Below, in pieces: positions 19,277-28,388 of a DNA stretch of 64,000 nt. How positions within the stretch are numbered: position 1 is the stretch's first letter; every line of letters starts with the position of its first letter. Below the pieces are notes generated by a model. The model did no database searches and was not told where the DNA came from. It was given only the letters and a program-made list of their open reading frames with translations. The stretch is from Bryobacterales bacterium (GTDB lineage Bacteria > Acidobacteriota > Terriglobia > Bryobacterales > UBA6623). The stretch spans positions 247,492 to 311,491 of the forward strand of contig OZ244625.1 in the NCBI GenBank assembly GCA_965218555.1, in the 5' to 3' direction. The position numbers and the translations under genes are program-made.

Positions 19277-20854
19277 ATGAGAGGTCCAGAGCTCATTCTT
19301 CGAGGAGGTTTTACGATCCTGGCCACGTCCCTCCTCGCGTTCAATCTGAGTACCCATCGGCAGGTCAGCGCCGATGCTGCGCCCGACGCGGACGCTCGCG
19401 TTGTCCTCCAGGCCGGAGGGCCGGTCGGCAAACTCAACTTCCAGATCACCGAAGCCGTCAGCGGGCGCTACTTGCCGGCACGGCTCTTCTTCGCCCACGC
19501 CGGCGGAGGTGGCGAGCCGCCCGTCGTCGGTCGCTGGGAGAATTACCTGGTCACGCACTCCGGCCGTGAAGAGAAGGTTCTACCAACCGGCGACTACGAC
19601 GTCTACGTAAGCCGAGGAACCGAATATTCCCTCGACCACCAGCAGATCCGTATCGAAGCCGGCAAGACCACCTACCTCGATTCGACGCTGGAGCGAGTCA
19701 TCGAAACCGACGGGTTCATCTCCGCCGATTGCCATCTTCACCTGACGTTCCCTCTGCGCGAAGGGGCCATCGTCGCCGCCGCGGAGGGCATCGATCTGCT
19801 CACCGCGACCGATCACAACATCCTCAAGGACTACTCACCCTACATCCGGAAGCTCAACCTCCAGCAGTTCCTGCAGTCGACGATCGGAGCGGAAATCGAC
19901 ACCGCGTTCGGGCACTTCAACAGCTTTCCGCTCGAAGTCAACCGTTGGAAGAAACGTTCCTTCCGTCACTCGATCCAGACACCTTCCGAATTCTTTCGCT
20001 TGATTCGGCTGGACCCCGGCGAGGAGATCATCCAGGTAAATCATCCGCGCCGCTGGAATCCGAGTCCCAGAAGCGGCTACTTCGACAGCCGCCTGGACCC
20101 GGACAGCGGTGACTACGACCCGGCCTTCTTCGATGGGAGCTTCGACCAGTTCGAAGTCTTCAACATGCTCACGGATCAGACCGAGGACCGCATCGGCAGG
20201 ACGGAGCTCGCTGACCAGAAGCTGCTTGACTGGTACCGCTTCCTCAACAAGGGAATCCTGGTGACCGGGGTGGCGAACACCGATGCACACGGCTATCCCA
20301 GTCACGTCCCGGGCTATCCGCGGAACTACGTTCAATCGGTCACCGACAACCCCTGGGAGATCGATCCGGAGGCGATCGTGACCGCACTCAAGAGCCGGGC
20401 GGCCACCACCGCCCACGGACCCTACATCCAACTCACCGGCGACGGCGCTCCGGTCGGCTCGCTGGTTCCTGACACGGACGGCTCGGTCACACTGCGAATC
20501 GACGTGCAGTCTCCAAAGTGGGTACCTGTCGAAACAGTCGAAGTGATTCGCAACGGCGAGGTTCTGACAACCTACGAAGTCAACGAGCCCGCCGACGAAG
20601 ACAAGGCGCTCCGTTTTGCCGCCGAGTTGATCGTGAAGCCAAAACGTGACACCTGGTACGCGGTGATCGCGTCGTCCGAGAAGCGCTGGAGTACGCCCTT
20701 CGAGAAGTACAGCTCGTTCTCGTTCACAAACCCCATCTTTGTCGATGCCAATGACAACGGCTACTTCGATCCGCCTGAAGTACAACTACAGGCCGGGCGA
20801 CGAACGAACAGATCTCGCCTGAGTGCGGCCTCGAGGCAGTGGCTTGCTGACTAG
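19277..20854 (+). CDS. PHP-domain metallohydrolase (CehA/McbA-like), secreted
   Basis: ATG 19277 follows CCAGGAGGAATCAAGCAACC. Motifs SADCHLHLTF, LLTATDHN and NTDAHG are present. The signal-like N-terminus is ILRGGFTILATSLLAFNL. Confidence 0.75.
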   Translation: MRGPELILRGGFTILATSLLAFNLSTHRQVSADAAPDADARVVLQAGGPVGKLNFQITEAVSGRYLPARLFFAHAGGGGEPPVVGRWENYLVTHSGREEKVLPTGDYDVYVSRGTEYSLDHQQIRIEAGKTTYLDSTLERVIETDGFISADCHLHLTFPLREGAIVAAAEGIDLLTATDHNILKDYSPYIRKLNLQQFLQSTIGAEIDTAFGHFNSFPLEVNRWKKRSFRHSIQTPSEFFRLIRLDPGEEIIQVNHPRRWNPSPRSGYFDSRLDPDSGDYDPAFFDGSFDQFEVFNMLTDQTEDRIGRTELADQKLLDWYRFLNKGILVTGVANTDAHGYPSHVPGYPRNYVQSVTDNPWEIDPEAIVTALKSRAATTAHGPYIQLTGDGAPVGSLVPDTDGSVTLRIDVQSPKWVPVETVEVIRNGEVLTTYEVNEPADEDKALRFAAELIVKPKRDTWYAVIASSEKRWSTPFEKYSSFSFTNPIFVDANDNGYFDPPEVQLQAGRRTNRSRLSAASRQWLAD

Positions 20855-21053
20855 TGGTCATTGGGCGGCAGTCACCAGCCACGGGACACGAGACACGGGT
20901 CACTGCATAGAGCCAATGACCTTTAGCGGCGCTTTGCAGTAACCTAAACCTCTGCTGTTGCGCCCTTATGTGCTGAGGTCCGGGAGTGCGGGTAAAGCGG
21001 ACTCAGAGACGGCTGGGCGCTTATGATCAGCGCTGATTCGATTGTCAGTCTAG

Positions 21054-21629
21054 ATGCTCGTCGATCCCGAGACGGTCCAGCTCGCACAGTCCGGAGACGC
21101 CTCGGCGTTCAACGAGATCGTCCGGTCGTACCGGAGCCGCATTCTCGGTACGGTGTTCCGGTTGATCGGCCGGCCGGAGGACGTTGAAGATGTTACGCAG
21201 GATGTCTTTGTACGGCTCTACTACTCGCTCGATCAGTTGCGTTTACCGCAGGTCTTTGAACCCTGGCTTCACCGTCTGACGGTGAACACGACGTACGACT
21301 ATCTGCGAAAACGGCGGCGGTCGGGCAGCGTGGCGATGGCGGAGTTGAGCGAGGAGCAGGTGACCGTGGCGGACGCCTCGGAGAGCGGCAAACGGCACGA
21401 GGAGGATGTTCGGCACGACGAGGTGAGGCAGGTCGTCGGAGCGTTGTTCGAGAGCATATCCGACGACGATCGTATCTTACTGACGTTGAAAGAGATCGAG
21501 GGCATGTCGCTGAAGGAGCTGCAGGAGATTTACAACGTCAAGGAAAACGCGCTGAAGGTTCGCTTGTTTCGGGCTCGGAAGCGTGCGCTGAAAGCGCTCG
21601 AGAGTTTGAAGAATCAGGGAAAGATTTGA
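21054..21629 (+). CDS. ECF-type RNA polymerase sigma-70 factor
   Basis: Region 2 reads EDVTQDVFVRLY...PWLHRLTVNTTYDYLRKRRR. Region 4 reads LTLKEIEGMSLKELQEIYNVKENALKVRLFRARKRA. Confidence 0.9.
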   Translation: MLVDPETVQLAQSGDASAFNEIVRSYRSRILGTVFRLIGRPEDVEDVTQDVFVRLYYSLDQLRLPQVFEPWLHRLTVNTTYDYLRKRRRSGSVAMAELSEEQVTVADASESGKRHEEDVRHDEVRQVVGALFESISDDDRILLTLKEIEGMSLKELQEIYNVKENALKVRLFRARKRALKALESLKNQGKI

Positions 21630-21988
21630 TAGACTCGCGACGGAGTGGGCTTATGAGCCGCTTGCTGGAAGAGAAACTCGAACAGATTTGGAAGCTCTAC
21701 CGGGCTGCCTGTCCCGCGCCCGAGCCGACCGCCGGCTTCATGCCGGGGCTGTGGGCGAAGATCGACGCTCGGCGCAGCCCGGGTTGGCTGACGCCGTTGC
21801 GGGTCTGGGCGACGAGGGTGGCGGCCGTGGCCGGGTTGGCGGCGGCATTGCTCGTGGCTGCCGTGGGAATGTGGCGGCCGCCGCAGTCGCTCGAAGTGCG
21901 GGAATGGGGGTACGTCGACGTCCTTGCTCAAGATGCCGCCGACGAGCATGATGGCGATCTCTGGCTATTGGTAAGCAACGGGGAATGA
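21626..21988 (+). CDS. putative anti-sigma factor / single-pass membrane protein
   Basis: ATGA overlap with the sigma gene. One TM helix (VAAVAGLAAALLVAAVGMW). Assignment is by position only. Confidence 0.5.
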   Translation: MIDSRRSGLMSRLLEEKLEQIWKLYRAACPAPEPTAGFMPGLWAKIDARRSPGWLTPLRVWATRVAAVAGLAAALLVAAVGMWRPPQSLEVREWGYVDVLAQDAADEHDGDLWLLVSNGE

Positions 21989-22392
21989 ACGGTCAGCCAA
22001 AAAAAATAGCGGCCCTGTACCTGGGGCTGGTGTTCGCCGCCGGTTTGGTGCTCGGTGGAGCGGCCCACCGCTTCCACGCCGTGCAAACCGGCGATGCCCG
22101 CGTCGCGGCTCCGGTTAGAAAGTCTTCCACGGAATACCGCAGGGAACTCATCGCCGGCCTCCGCACGGAGTTGAGTCTGAGCCCGGAGCAAGTCGAAGAC
22201 GTCAACGAGATCTACGACGAGATCGGCAAGCAATACCACGCAGTTCGCAAAACCATCGATCCGGAGGTCAAGGCCTTGCGCGCGCAACGCGCTGAGCGGA
22301 TCATAGCTCTGTTGGACGACGAGCAGAAGGTCAAGTATCAGGAGATCCTTGACGAACGCGAGCGCAAACGGGCGGAAAAAGGCTGTAACTAA
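21985..22392 (+). CDS. Spy/CpxP-like (LTxxQ-type) periplasmic protein
   Basis: Overlapping start with the previous gene. N-terminal anchor IAALYLGLVFAAGLVLGGAA. Helical repeats are LSPEQVEDVNEIYDE and LLDDEQKVKYQEIL. Confidence 0.55.
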   Translation: MNGQPKKIAALYLGLVFAAGLVLGGAAHRFHAVQTGDARVAAPVRKSSTEYRRELIAGLRTELSLSPEQVEDVNEIYDEIGKQYHAVRKTIDPEVKALRAQRAERIIALLDDEQKVKYQEILDERERKRAEKGCN

Positions 22393-22426
22393 CGTCTTCG
22401 ACTCGCGGCCGATCGGGGTCCGCGAT

Positions 22427-22609
22427 TAACCTGCATTTCTCACCACCCGACGGTCGAAGCACGCGATACGACCGCCATGATTTCGTTGCGCTTGCTTGCC
22501 GTGCTCAATGTACTCTCAAAGTACACCTGCGCGTGCCAAGCGCCTCGCGCCTCGTCCTGACCGCCCTCTCACGCACTTCGCCTCGCCACGTGGTGAGAAA
22601 TACAGGTTA
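22427..22609 (+). mobile_element. family-1 MITE-like element, copy B (TA-flanked)
   Basis: TA|ACCTGCATTTCTCACCAC...GTGGTGAGAAATACAGGT|TA. Its right end plus the TA forms the TAA stop (minus strand) of the gene at 22607-25087. Confidence 0.75.
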
Positions 22610-25087
22610 TATCCAGCGGCGTAGCCAAGGCAGCCAGCCTTTTCGTCCAACCAGTTCCAAGAGGCTCAGGAGCAAGGCCAGGGCAAGTAGGCCGGGCCAG
22701 AGGTTCATGTCGGCCGCGACCGAGCGGCCGCCCGCGTCGAAGGCGGCGGACAAGTCCGGTTGGAAGCGCCCTCCCGTCCAGGCCGCGATCTTCTGGAGCA
22801 GACGCTCATCCGAACCATAGTCGGTGAGTTCCGAGTTGGCGCGATGGCAGGCGATCTCGGGGAACGTTTCGACATGCGAGGCCGGGCGTATCCGGAACAG
22901 CCCGAAGCGATTCCCGATTGAAGCACGCGCTTCGAACTCCTTCTCGCCGACTCGTTTGAGGGGAATGGATCTGCGGAAATCCGAGGGGCCCAGCACGAAG
23001 AGGTCCGGCAGCGTCTCAGGCACGGCGAAGGAGTTGCGCTCGGTCACCCGGTAGCGGGCGACGATCTCGTCCGATGAGCTTTCATACTGCGCGGACGTTT
23101 CGGTGGCGGGCGAGCGGGGCAGCAGGTCGCGCAACAGGTTGGTCCAGAAGCGGTCGAATGCCGGATCTCCGATCCAGTTGACCGCCCATCGCGCTTTGGC
23201 GTCAGAGGCGAATACGGCCGAGCGGCCCAGTCCGTATTGCCAGCGCAGCAGCAGGGGGTCCTTCTCGTCTTCCTCGCCGATGGTGAGGAGCGTTTCCGCG
23301 TCGTCCTTGGCTTCGAACTTGACCCAGCCGAGCAGTGGGCCGGCGGCGTCAAACGAGACGCCTTCGAGGATCTCGGCTTCTCCTACAGCTTCAGGCACCA
23401 CGGAAGTTTCCATGATCGAGGAGCCGGTATGCTCCATGACGTCGCGGAGGACGATTTGTTCCAGGCTCGATACATCGATGAGAAAGTACGAACGGCCCTC
23501 GGCGGTCGAGGCGACGCGCTCGAGATAGGCACGATTCACATCCTGCCCCAGGCCAACGGTCGAGATCGTGATTTGCAGCTTGGCAGCTTCCCGCGCCAGC
23601 GCAATGCTGTCACCTTCCTCGGAAATGCCGTCGGTCAATAGCAGGATGTGCTTGTAGACGGAATCCGTTTCACGGATCTGATTGAAGGCTTCGTGGAGCG
23701 CCGGCGCGATCTGAGTGCCGCCGTCAGCGATGATGCTGGAAATAAGTCGCTTCAGCACATCCGGTTCGTTGTTCGTACGCAGCGGGACGGCCCATTGGAA
23801 GGAGTTGTCGAAGACAAGCACGCCGACACGATCAATCGGGCGAAGGTTTGCCACAACGCCGGTGGCGGACTGCCGGGCGAGTTGCATTTTCTTGCCCTCC
23901 ATCGACGACGATTTGTCGACGACGAGAACCACCGAGGTGCCTTCGGGCGTTCTTGGCGGGGCCAAACGTGCAGGCAGCGTTTCCCACAGCGGGTCGTCGC
24001 GGTCGTCAGGCAGTTCAACGTAGAGGTTCTTCTCGCCGGCGATGAAGAGGAAACCACCTCCGCTCCGTACAAAATCGGCAAGCCGGGATTTCTGCGAAGG
24101 TGACCAGACTTCGACATCAAAGTTGTTAACGACGGCGAGAGCGTATGGGTCGAGCGGCCCGTCGATGACACCGGCTGAACGCTCCACTTCGAAACCCGCC
24201 GCACCGAGCACCTGCCGTAGGTGGATCTCGGTGTCAGTGACGTCACCGGAGATGAGCAGAGCGCGGGGCCGCTTGAACGTGATGGCGTGCTCGAACTGAA
24301 CAGCGCCCATATCGGGGGTAGTAATGCGGCCGATCACGGACGTCGCTCCCTCGGTTTGAACGCGGGCTTGCGCACGAACGACATTGACGCCGGCGGCAAG
24401 CTGGATATCGGAACGTCCGATCACGCGGTCTTCCACCATGAGCTGGACGGTTGCCGCGCCGGCGCGCTCCGTCACCACTTCCAATACGATGGGCACGTTC
24501 TCGCCCGCGAACGCCTGTACGGGAGCGAAGGTGTTTGTAATGCGCAGTTCGGGGGGCGTCTGCCCGGCCAGGGCAAACGTATCGATGGGGATCCCCAAAG
24601 AGCGCGCCTGGTAGGCAGCGCGCTCGATGGATCCGAAGGTCCCCTTGCCATCGGAGATCAGCGCGATTCGCGGCACGAGATCGACCGGGAATGTCCCGAT
24701 GGCGTTGCGGACGGCGACTTCGAGGTTCGTAGCGGCGGCCCGTGATGCGTCCGCCTCGGATGCCCTGCGTGCGAAGTGCGTGGTCTCATCGAACGGGACG
24801 ACTTGGAGCTGATGGCGTCCCCGGGCGTCTCGGAGTGCCGAAACCATCTCTTCCGTGCGGGTTGCGTCGACCTCCGAAATACTGCCCGACCGGTCGACCA
24901 GAGCGGTGAGCGCCACCTTGGTCTCGAAAACACGGAGGCGCGGCTGGCTGAGAGCAAGCGCGACCAGCGCGAACGACACGGCTTTCAGGACGAGTGCGCC
25001 GCGGCGGTACGTGCGCCGCCATTCCCAGGCAAGCCAGAACAACGGCAGGAGCAGCAGCGTCAGAACCCACGTCGACTCGAAAGTCAC
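22607..25087 (-). CDS. BatA-N-terminal-domain / von Willebrand factor A domain membrane protein
   Basis: MTFESTWVLTLLLLPLFWLAWEWRR (aerotolerance-regulator N-domain). MIDAS-type VVLVVDKSSSMEG plus a second degenerate LVDRSGSISE. Confidence 0.85.
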   Translation of the reverse strand: MTFESTWVLTLLLLPLFWLAWEWRRTYRRGALVLKAVSFALVALALSQPRLRVFETKVALTALVDRSGSISEVDATRTEEMVSALRDARGRHQLQVVPFDETTHFARRASEADASRAAATNLEVAVRNAIGTFPVDLVPRIALISDGKGTFGSIERAAYQARSLGIPIDTFALAGQTPPELRITNTFAPVQAFAGENVPIVLEVVTERAGAATVQLMVEDRVIGRSDIQLAAGVNVVRAQARVQTEGATSVIGRITTPDMGAVQFEHAITFKRPRALLISGDVTDTEIHLRQVLGAAGFEVERSAGVIDGPLDPYALAVVNNFDVEVWSPSQKSRLADFVRSGGGFLFIAGEKNLYVELPDDRDDPLWETLPARLAPPRTPEGTSVVLVVDKSSSMEGKKMQLARQSATGVVANLRPIDRVGVLVFDNSFQWAVPLRTNNEPDVLKRLISSIIADGGTQIAPALHEAFNQIRETDSVYKHILLLTDGISEEGDSIALAREAAKLQITISTVGLGQDVNRAYLERVASTAEGRSYFLIDVSSLEQIVLRDVMEHTGSSIMETSVVPEAVGEAEILEGVSFDAAGPLLGWVKFEAKDDAETLLTIGEEDEKDPLLLRWQYGLGRSAVFASDAKARWAVNWIGDPAFDRFWTNLLRDLLPRSPATETSAQYESSSDEIVARYRVTERNSFAVPETLPDLFVLGPSDFRRSIPLKRVGEKEFEARASIGNRFGLFRIRPASHVETFPEIACHRANSELTDYGSDERLLQKIAAWTGGRFQPDLSAAFDAGGRSVAADMNLWPGLLALALLLSLLELVGRKGWLPWLRRWI

Positions 25088-27090
25088 TGCGTCCCCCTGG
25101 ACTGCCTGACCGGCTCGTAGTCGCGAACGGGAGGCTGCACAGCACCTGGACCGCCGAGGGTGATGGCGTTAAATCGACCGGCGGAAGCAGAGACGGCCGC
25201 AGCGGACCGCAGTGGCGATACGCGGCCGTAGCAGGTCCAGTCGATCAACCAACAGACCACCGCGAGCAGAGCGAGCCAGGGCCAGAGCGGAAAGCCCCAA
25301 CCAGCAGCTGCTGCCGAGGGTGGCGGGACGCCCCGCAAGGTTCCTTCCGGCGGCTCCCAGCGTGCCGTGCCGAGTTCGGGGAGAGTGAGACTCCAGCCGG
25401 CCTCGCGGAAAGGGGTTTTCACTTCCACGTTGCCCGGTGTGGGCATGAAGAAGCGCAGGCGCCCGTCTTTGAGGGACCAAGGCAGGCTGCTGGTCTCCGC
25501 CGAGCGAACGGCGACTTCGCTTTCGTCCTCGGCATCGACCGGAGTTTCAACGAGACCCGGCGATCCGGCAAGCACCTGGCGGCTGAGGAAGAGGTCCGGG
25601 GAGAACCAGCGAAGAGTATTGGCGAACAAGAGAGGAGTCACAAGGCGATTGGCCAACCGGGACTCCAGTGGATCGAATCCGTAGACGACGGTCTTGCGGC
25701 CCTCGCTGTTGCGTACAACGACAACGGGGCCCTCTTGCGTTTCCGCAACGACCACGTCGCCGGGTTCGGGAGCGAAAACCAGCGTCCTCGGTAAGAGAAG
25801 GTCTTGCGTACGCAGCCCCGCCGCAATCGGATGTTGGGACACCCATTGCGTGATACGGGTCCGCCCGACGGAGCGTGCGACCGGTATCGGCGATGCGGCG
25901 CTGGGAGGTTCGACGTAGAGACCTGCCGTCTCGCCGTCCGGCGCGGTTCGATCGAAAACCTCAAGATCCGGCTCGATAATGTCGCTAGAAGCCCCAAAGA
26001 CGGCTCTGACGGCAGGTGTCGCGGAAAGCAGCGGCCGCCAAAACGGCCCGCGTTGCGAGGCAAAGCGCACGACCCTCGTCCGGAAAGGAGGCAGATCGAG
26101 GCTTGCCCGGTTATTGCCGGTGAAACTGTCTTCCTCAGCCAAGAAGGCGGAGAGCACCCCGGCGCGTTCCGTGCCCAGATGGAAAACAACCTCCTGCGCC
26201 TGTTCCGCCGGAACAATGACCTCCTTGTAGCCGAGACGTTGTTGCTCGAAATCGAATTCGAGGCGGACGGGCCGAGGCCGGTTGCTGTGGTTGTGCACTT
26301 CGGCGACAATGCGCCATCGCCTCGGGTCGGCGGGCTCCCGCTGGGCGCTGACACGGGTGAGCCCGACGTCATCGACTTCTTCACCGACGGCGATGTAACG
26401 CATGAAGGGCAGATCGGAAGTGTCGATCCGGCCCAGAACTTCGGGGGAGACTCGGCCGCCGCCAATGTAGACGATCTCTCCGACGGCATTCGATGTCTCC
26501 AGTTCGCCGGCGCCGTTGGAGTCGGCTGCCAGGCGCAGGACACTCTTGGCAAGCTCGACGGCGTCCGCCAGGTTGGCGGCGGTCCAGCTTGGCTGTAGAG
26601 AGTCGAGGGATTCTCGGAAAGCGGTCCGATTGGTTGTGAAACCCTGAACAACCATCGGGTTCGCATCGCCCTGGATCAACAAGACAGGATCGTCGGCGGG
26701 CAGAGCGTCGAGGAAAGCGGATGCCCTGTCGCGGGCCCGGTCGAGCAAGGTTCCGCTTTGCCCTTCCGCGGCTGCCGCACTCATCCAAGCGGAGGTCTCG
26801 AGGATCACGACGTGGTGGCGTGAGGCGCGGCTCGAACCACTGAAGCGAAGGTCCGCAATCGCCAACAGGATGAAGAGCGCTGCCAGAAACTGGAGCAGCA
26901 ACGACCACGGCTGCTGTAAACGCCGGCGGCGCGTCGTCATCAAGTACACGGGACGCCGAGGCCAGAAACGGAGAGTCGAAACGACGCGGCGGCGGCGGGA
27001 GCGGTCGTAGAAATAAAGGGCGACGACCGCCGCGCTGATGGGAACGACGAACGCGAGCAGTTCGGCCAGAGTGAGACTGAGCAGTTCCAT
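25084..27090 (-). CDS. BatA-N-terminal-domain membrane protein (degenerate VWA)
   Basis: MELLSLTLAELLAFVVPISAAVVALYFYDRSRRRR N-domain. 4-nt overlap with the downstream gene. Operon position between the DUF58 and VWA genes. Confidence 0.75.
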   Translation of the reverse strand: MELLSLTLAELLAFVVPISAAVVALYFYDRSRRRRVVSTLRFWPRRPVYLMTTRRRRLQQPWSLLLQFLAALFILLAIADLRFSGSSRASRHHVVILETSAWMSAAAAEGQSGTLLDRARDRASAFLDALPADDPVLLIQGDANPMVVQGFTTNRTAFRESLDSLQPSWTAANLADAVELAKSVLRLAADSNGAGELETSNAVGEIVYIGGGRVSPEVLGRIDTSDLPFMRYIAVGEEVDDVGLTRVSAQREPADPRRWRIVAEVHNHSNRPRPVRLEFDFEQQRLGYKEVIVPAEQAQEVVFHLGTERAGVLSAFLAEEDSFTGNNRASLDLPPFRTRVVRFASQRGPFWRPLLSATPAVRAVFGASSDIIEPDLEVFDRTAPDGETAGLYVEPPSAASPIPVARSVGRTRITQWVSQHPIAAGLRTQDLLLPRTLVFAPEPGDVVVAETQEGPVVVVRNSEGRKTVVYGFDPLESRLANRLVTPLLFANTLRWFSPDLFLSRQVLAGSPGLVETPVDAEDESEVAVRSAETSSLPWSLKDGRLRFFMPTPGNVEVKTPFREAGWSLTLPELGTARWEPPEGTLRGVPPPSAAAAGWGFPLWPWLALLAVVCWLIDWTCYGRVSPLRSAAAVSASAGRFNAITLGGPGAVQPPVRDYEPVRQSRGTQ

Positions 27091-27106
27091 GCGTCGCGGC
27101 TTTCTC

Positions 27107-28090
27107 TTATTGGAGGCTCAAAGAGCCCGTGAACATCAGCGCTCCATAGAGAGCGTCGTCGAGATCGATATCGGTCGTGAGACGGATGTAGCGACCGCCG
27201 TTTCGGAGTGCGACGTACTCAACGTCGTGGGCATGTTGCTCGAAGGCCGCAACGTAGTCGTCGATGACCGGGCGGTCTACGCTCATCCGCAGCACTTCGC
27301 CGGACTCAGCGTCAACCAGCTCGAATTCTCCCTGGTCGGCGGGAGCGGCGTCCTCGGGTCCGACGATGTGAATGAGCATCAACTCTTGCCCGTAGTCGGC
27401 AAGGTACTGGAGGGCACGTTGCTCATTGCCGTCGCTGAGGAAATCGGACAGGATGACCGTGAAACCCGAGGAAGGCGCCGTTTGCAAAAACTGCCGTGCG
27501 GCGCCGGCGAAGTCGGAGCGGCCGCCGGTGGACAGTCCGCCAATGAACTGCGACGCGCCCGCGAAGCGGTGGCGACCTCCCTCGGAGCGGAAGTTTTCCG
27601 CCATGACGTTGGAGAACGGCTGGATGACGATCGACTCGAGCCTTACCAGTCCGATGTAGCAGAGCGCCGCCGCCAAACGGCAGGCATAGGTAAACTTCGG
27701 TTCGCCGCCTTTCTCGGAAGGGCCGCAGGACATGGACTCGCTGGTATCAATCATCAGCCGCACCGGCGTGCGCGGCTCGGTGCGGAACATTTTCACGAAC
27801 AGGCGGCCGAGCCGGAGATAAGCACGCCAATTGACCGAGCGCAGATCGTCCCCCTGCTGGTAGTGGCGGTGATCGAGGAATTCATGGCCCGCGCCGGCGT
27901 AACGCGAGAGGTTGTTGCCCCCCAGCAAACCCTGAAACGACTGCTGCCAGCGGATCGCAAGGCGCTCGAGGCGCTCGAGGGTCTGGCGGTCGAGGAGCGG
28001 ATCGGGCGCTTGCACGCATTTCAGACTAGCAGAGGAAAGGGGAGGGGCCGGTGCTCCGCCGGACACCACCTGTGTGCGCGGACACTTCAT
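27107..28090 (-). CDS. DUF58 domain protein
   Basis: ATG at 28090 (MKCPRTQ...). GHEFLDHRHYQQGDDLRSVNWRAYLRLGRLFVKMFRTEPRTPVRLMIDTSESM is the DUF58 core. The ORF-track extension to 28585 runs through repeat DNA and is rejected. Confidence 0.85.
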   Translation of the reverse strand: MKCPRTQVVSGGAPAPPLSSASLKCVQAPDPLLDRQTLERLERLAIRWQQSFQGLLGGNNLSRYAGAGHEFLDHRHYQQGDDLRSVNWRAYLRLGRLFVKMFRTEPRTPVRLMIDTSESMSCGPSEKGGEPKFTYACRLAAALCYIGLVRLESIVIQPFSNVMAENFRSEGGRHRFAGASQFIGGLSTGGRSDFAGAARQFLQTAPSSGFTVILSDFLSDGNEQRALQYLADYGQELMLIHIVGPEDAAPADQGEFELVDAESGEVLRMSVDRPVIDDYVAAFEQHAHDVEYVALRNGGRYIRLTTDIDLDDALYGALMFTGSLSLQ

Positions 28091-28113
28091 TTGCGGCACA
28101 TTTTTAGCCGAGA

Positions 28114-28143
28114 AATTCCGGGCAATTCCGGGCAATTCCGGGC
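28114..28143. repeat. 10-bp x 3 tandem repeat AATTCCGGGC just upstream of the DUF58 operon
   Basis: Exact units at 28114, 28124 and 28134, 24-53 nt upstream of the ATG at 28090 (minus-strand gene). Possible operator or promoter element. Confidence 0.7.
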
Positions 28144-28184
28144 AGGGAACCAAGGCGGTGATTCGGGAAAAGCCGCGACTCGGG

Positions 28185-28306
28185 ATTCGTGTCTCGTGAT
28201 TCGTGATTCCTGAAAAACCGTTGGAAGTTGCTTGGCGCCGCTCAAGAAAGAAACGCCGGACAGCCGGTGAAACCCCCTCCCGTTTGCGCCGCGCATCACG
28301 AGACAC
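28185..28306 (+). repeat. family-2 repeat unit (GTGTCTCGTGAT ... ATCACGAGACAC), copy left of the terminase pair
   Basis: 12-nt inverted motif at 28189-28200 and 28295-28306. The core TTGGAAGT..CGCTCAAGAA.GAAACGCC.GAC.GCCGGTGAA...CGTTTGCGCC is shared with 30432-30554 in the same orientation. Confidence 0.75.
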
Positions 28307-28358
28307 CCGTCGAAGCGTAGGCCATCTGCCGAAAGCCGCAGCCGCCCGCGCCGCGTAC

Positions 28359-28386
28359 CACGAATCACGGCCTTTTCGAGACACGG
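28359..28386. repeat. 28-nt inverted-repeat arm (left) bracketing the terminase cassette
   Basis: CACGAATCACGGCCTTTTCGAGACACGG is the reverse complement of 30736-30763 at 26 of 28 positions. It ends 2 nt before the TerL stop codon. Confidence 0.7.
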
Positions 28387-28388
28387 AA

